Virus record (IMG/VR): IMGVR_UViG_3300027805_000006
Direction: 5' to 3' (one strand)
DNA: 64,000 nucleotides
Origin: a virus
Taxonomy: Duplodnaviria > Caudoviricetes
Of the stretch, positions 60,638-64,000 are shown piece by piece (the stretch's first letter is position 1; each line of letters begins with the position of its first letter). The notes under the pieces were generated by a model. That model made no database searches, was not told the DNA's origin, and saw only the letters and a program-made list of their open reading frames with translations. The translations under genes and the position numbers were made by a program.

Positions 60638-62067
60638 GGACCACCTGGACCGCTTGCTGGGTCAAGCCCGGGATTTTGTGGGCTATAGAAATTTGATGAA
60701 GATTGTGTAGAAACTGCTGGAGTTGTTTGACCTGTTCTGTCTGATAGAATCCCCGACATTGGACGCGCCGTTGCTTGATTCACCTTGCTGAATAGCCCAG
60801 CAGCCTGATCTGCAACTGCTGACTGCACTAAACCACCAGCCGCACTGCTTAGACCGCTCACTGCAGACCCTGCTGCTTGGCGAAGGATTGAGCCCATGAT
60901 TCCATTTCCACCGATCTGCTGTACTGCCTTGTTCACAAGGCTAGAGGTAAGTTGCTGTGCTGCTTTTCCAGCCACACCACCCAAGATATTTGCAAATGGG
61001 TTTGCCCTGCCTGCACTATTTCCTGCACTTGCTGCTTGTGCCCTGGCGGCTGGTGCAGCAGTGCTATTTCCTTGTAGTATATCTGTGGGTGCTCCAGAGC
61101 CAGTTACTCCTTGCTGACCAACAAGTCCTGCCACCGGGAAGTTTAGTGGTGGACCACCATCTCCAGTTACGAGTAACTTATCATGTTTAGTCATCTCCAT
61201 CCAATCATAGTCAAACTGCATGGTCAGAAGGTTAGGATCAGATGATTCGTGCGATAAGTCGTCAAGGTCAAATGATACAAGCCGAGGATTAACATAATCA
61301 TAGAATACCGCTTTTACTGCATTATCTTTTGATCCTGGTGTAGTAGTTGGGTCAATGAAAATCTGTTTGACGCGAATAATGTCAATTGCATTTCCCGCAT
61401 TTGCGTTGAACACCGCACGGTGGGCGATGTCTCCACCACCAGGAAAATTGTTAAAGTCGGAGAATGCCATTCCGTTGCCTTTTTGCCATCCTTCAGGATC
61501 TGGCTTAGCATTTACATTACCATCCCGCTGCATAGATGCGCGAGTAATTGGTGAATAAACCATCAGTAATATTCTAAAGAAATCAAATACATTGTTTCCT
61601 ACGTCATCAAGAAACGTTATAGTGAGTTCGCGGTGCTTTACTTTCTTTAGCGCCTTCGTTCTGAAGTTATACATGTTAACGTCATCTTCATACTCGAAGT
61701 CTACCTTTGGGCGGTCTACCTGCTTTATCATGAAGGTAAAGTCGCTTCTATCCAGCCAAGGTGCGATATCCCTAAGTTGAGGACTAAAGAAAAACTGTAC
61801 CTTGAAAAGAAACTTTAGTTTTGGTCTTGCAGGTGTTCCACCTGCTAAAGATGCAGCATATGACGTTGCATCCCAACTTGAACTTTTTGGCTGTTGTTCT
61901 GGACGAAGCGCTACGCCCGCCGCAGAAGATGTAGGTATCTTTAGTTTACCGCGTACGAAGTCTTCAACTGCACCGCTGAGTTGCTTTTGTGCTTCATTTT
62001 GAAGAGCACCGCTTGCTTGCTTTGCGAGTGATATCCCAGAAGACTTAAGAATATTATCTATTTTCAT
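60634..62067 (-). CDS. tail-tube-fold baseplate protein (gp54/gp48-like) with Gly/Ala-rich tail
   Basis: KLKFLFKVQF...QVDRP......YNFR......ITFLDD...FDLDDLS....LTMQFDYD tube-like pattern; CATAAATA promoter at 62095-62102. Confidence 0.65.
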   Translation of the reverse strand: MKIDNILKSSGISLAKQASGALQNEAQKQLSGAVEDFVRGKLKIPTSSAAGVALRPEQQPKSSSWDATSYAASLAGGTPARPKLKFLFKVQFFFSPQLRDIAPWLDRSDFTFMIKQVDRPKVDFEYEDDVNMYNFRTKALKKVKHRELTITFLDDVGNNVFDFFRILLMVYSPITRASMQRDGNVNAKPDPEGWQKGNGMAFSDFNNFPGGGDIAHRAVFNANAGNAIDIIRVKQIFIDPTTTPGSKDNAVKAVFYDYVNPRLVSFDLDDLSHESSDPNLLTMQFDYDWMEMTKHDKLLVTGDGGPPLNFPVAGLVGQQGVTGSGAPTDILQGNSTAAPAARAQAASAGNSAGRANPFANILGGVAGKAAQQLTSSLVNKAVQQIGGNGIMGSILRQAAGSAVSGLSSAAGGLVQSAVADQAAGLFSKVNQATARPMSGILSDRTGQTTPAVSTQSSSNFYSPQNPGLDPASGPGGP

Positions 62068-62125
62068 TTAGCAGAGAAACCCAGCAATATGTCTTATTTA
62101 TGATATTTCTGAGTTCAAGGAGTTG

Positions 62126-62334
62126 TCAAATTAAACACATACCTCCAAGACCCTGCTGTATGGCTCTGATGCTTTCAACTAGTGATGTAGTCTCAAATGG
62201 TGGCTTGTTGTCTTCTAAAAAGCTTGAGCCTCCTTCCACTTTTCATTCGAGGGCTTTGTCAATAGGCGGGCGGCCATTCTGTTGATGTGCCCATCAGGCT
62301 TGATTACCAGTTGCAAGAAGGTGCTTTTGTCCAT
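62126..62334 (-). pseudogene. possible decayed endonuclease N-terminal remnant
   Basis: ATG ORF stops after 39 aa at a T-run; adding one base gives 69 aa ending SLVESIRAIQQGLGGMCLI*, similar in pattern to the 63133 ORF N-terminus. Confidence 0.3.
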
Positions 62335-62374
62335 AACCTATTCCATAGTCTATAGTTTTATATATCCCTCTGTG

Positions 62375-62401
62375 AAAAAAAGGGGCTCAATGAGCCCCTT
62401 T
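62375..62401 (-). terminator. intrinsic terminator after tail tube
   Basis: Minus strand AAAGGGGCTC-ATT-GAGCCCC-TTTTTTT. Confidence 0.85.
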
Positions 62402-62420
62402 GCCAGATTAGCTTGGAAAA

Positions 62421-63020
62421 TTAGGCGACGGCACCGCCTAATGCAGTTCCGTAACCAGCGCCACTCTCGATATGACGTGCATGATCATATCTGATGTTCA
62501 TCGTGATTGTTGCTGCTTCAGAGGCTGAGTAGTCACGGTCTCCGAAGTCGGCTGATGTTAGCATGCAGCCCTCAAGAATCCATGTCTGTACAATGCCTTC
62601 ATCACCATCAAGTTGCTCAATCTTTGAGCCGAACTTGTAGTTAGAACCAGTTGCTGCGGTATTCAGCCAACGTCCGTCAAGGTCAACACCAATTAGGCGC
62701 TGCTGTGTCTCAAGTTGCCCCTTGACTACAGTTGCTGCTAGCCCAGTAATATCGTCTTCAACTGTTACGCTGATTGGTTCCCAAGTGTGCTTACCTGCAA
62801 CGTACGCTACTGAGTTGTAGCGGTGCAATGCAACTTCTTCAAATGATAAGTTTGGAAGAGTGATGTTGGTTACCTGCATTGACAGGTTCTTTGCGCTGTT
62901 TGCGATGCCTGGAACAAGTTGTCCCATGTTCAGGAAAGTGATACGGAATTTGTTCTTTAAGCGAGGATGGAGAATACCTGCGCCCACGCCAGGAATTCCA
63001 AAGTTTGATAGCGTTGCCAT
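62421..63020 (-). CDS. tail tube protein (T4 gp19-like)
   Basis: PRLKNKFRI, LP.LSFEEV..HRYNS...AGK.TWEPI.VTVEDD, W.LEGC....FG..DYS.SE....I.YD; AGGAG RBS; CATAAATA at 63062-63069. Confidence 0.9.
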   Translation of the reverse strand: MATLSNFGIPGVGAGILHPRLKNKFRITFLNMGQLVPGIANSAKNLSMQVTNITLPNLSFEEVALHRYNSVAYVAGKHTWEPISVTVEDDITGLAATVVKGQLETQQRLIGVDLDGRWLNTAATGSNYKFGSKIEQLDGDEGIVQTWILEGCMLTSADFGDRDYSASEAATITMNIRYDHARHIESGAGYGTALGGAVA

Positions 63021-63105
63021 ATTATACTCCTTTTAGAAGGGTGTTCAATCTTTATCCTAGATATTTATGTCTAGACAAGTTTTTATGTAATAAAATAAAT
63101 ACTGG

Positions 63106-63113
63106 TATAAATA
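63106..63113 (+). promoter_or_regulatory. T4-type late promoter for the free-standing endonuclease
   Basis: TATAAATA ending 20 nt before ATG 63133. Confidence 0.55.
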
Positions 63114-63132
63114 TTAAATTCATTATCCTATT

Positions 63133-64000
63133 ATGACAAAAAATAGAACTTTAGATGATCACATCAAACTTGGGCACGTTCGGTACATTTCAAAAGATGC
63201 TGAACAGGAACTTATAGAAAGAACGCCTGGTTGTAGTGGTGACAATGCAGAAAGATTATTTTGGCTTTTGAATGGATTGTCTTCATATCCTAAATGTCAA
63301 TCGTGTTCTAACACTTTAACATCTAAACAGTGGCAGCCTTTCTTAAAGAAACTTCACCGTACTGATGAAAACAAAAAGAGTGGTTATCTTCCATTTTGCG
63401 GAAAAAGTTGCGCTTATCTTAATGGGTCAAAAAAGGAAACCTATAAAAAAACCTGTATTGAGCGCTACGGGGTTGAACACCCAATGCTGACAGACGATGT
63501 TGTTGCCAAGATAAAAGCAACTAACATTGACCGCTATGGAGAACCAGCACCTATGCGCTGGTCTGGTCAAAAATTCAAAGATGCTATTAGGCAAAAATAC
63601 AATGTAGAAAATGTGCGGGCAATACCACGGGTGCATGAAGCAACAATTTACGCGAAAGCAAAAACAACTACTGAACTGCTACCTCTAAAAATTATTGAAT
63701 TAGAAAAATTGTTTAACGTAGAATGTCAAACAGATTTATCACAATTTGTTCTTATTCATCGCATGTATGATATTTCATTTTCTTGGAAACACAAGTGTGG
63801 AAGGGTTTATGAAAGCAATATATCTGAGCGTGGAATTCGCCAGTGCCCAAGTTGCTCATCAGGAACATCTAAAGGTGAGCAGGCAGTCATGGACTTTATT
63901 AAGTCTCTTGGCATAGAGGTTGAGCATCGAAACAAGTCAGTGATTGCACCAAAAGAAATTGACATCTGGATACCTGAGCATAAACTCGGTATTGAGTTTG
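63133..64000 (+). mobile_element. putative free-standing homing endonuclease, PD-(D/E)xK type (partial; runs off window end)
   Basis: Manual translation, open to the end: CxxC zinc motifs, T.IERYGVEHP / TNIDRYGE repeats, SKGEQAV...KEIDIWIPEHKLGIEF nuclease motif; absent from ORF track. Confidence 0.75.

Noticed and set aside
807-62494. Numerous plus-strand and nested ORFs in the track (e.g. 1374..2180, 40431..40811, 47934..48401, 53176..53712)
   Set aside because: Shadow frames antisense to, or nested in, well-supported genes; no RBS or motifs; their composition mirrors the sense-strand codon bias.
1-64000. phiKZ-like (nucleus-forming) or prophage/host origin
   Set aside because: Recognised genes and promoters are T4-superfamily types; no tubulin, shell, multisubunit RNAP, integrase or host housekeeping context is present in this window.

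Overview
This 64 kb window is bacteriophage DNA from a large, probably jumbo, T4-superfamily myovirus. Almost every real gene lies on the minus strand. Left part (1-31 kb): replication, repair and nucleotide genes (RNA ligase, DNA ligase, a two-gene DNA polymerase III alpha-like enzyme, clamp loader, GroES, dCMP deaminase, nrdA/nrdB/glutaredoxin, uvsW/uvsY/uvsX, gp32-like SSB, HD-Pnk), interrupted by a structural block (duplicated three-gene module and His-repeat fibre at 12.4-18 kb) and lysis genes. Middle (32.8-49.9 kb): a large tail-fibre and lectin arsenal. Right: terminase, about 14 small genes sharing an N-terminal MK[LVI]x[EQ][LI]..E motif, head completion nuclease, tail-tube genes and a free-standing endonuclease. 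Most notable: (1) uvsW fractured by an atypically split intein (28 aa IntN, 138 aa IntC) with an HNH endonuclease gene between the halves; (2) a minimal DnaE-like polymerase split between the GRGS motif and the catalytic DxD motif, halves 5.6 kb apart; (3) an array of putative capsid-targeted, protease-cleaved injected cargo proteins; (4) modular fibre/LamG gene pairs with 15 lectin-like domains. No tRNA, rRNA or CRISPR array was seen. All family calls come from motif recognition by eye; no database search was run.
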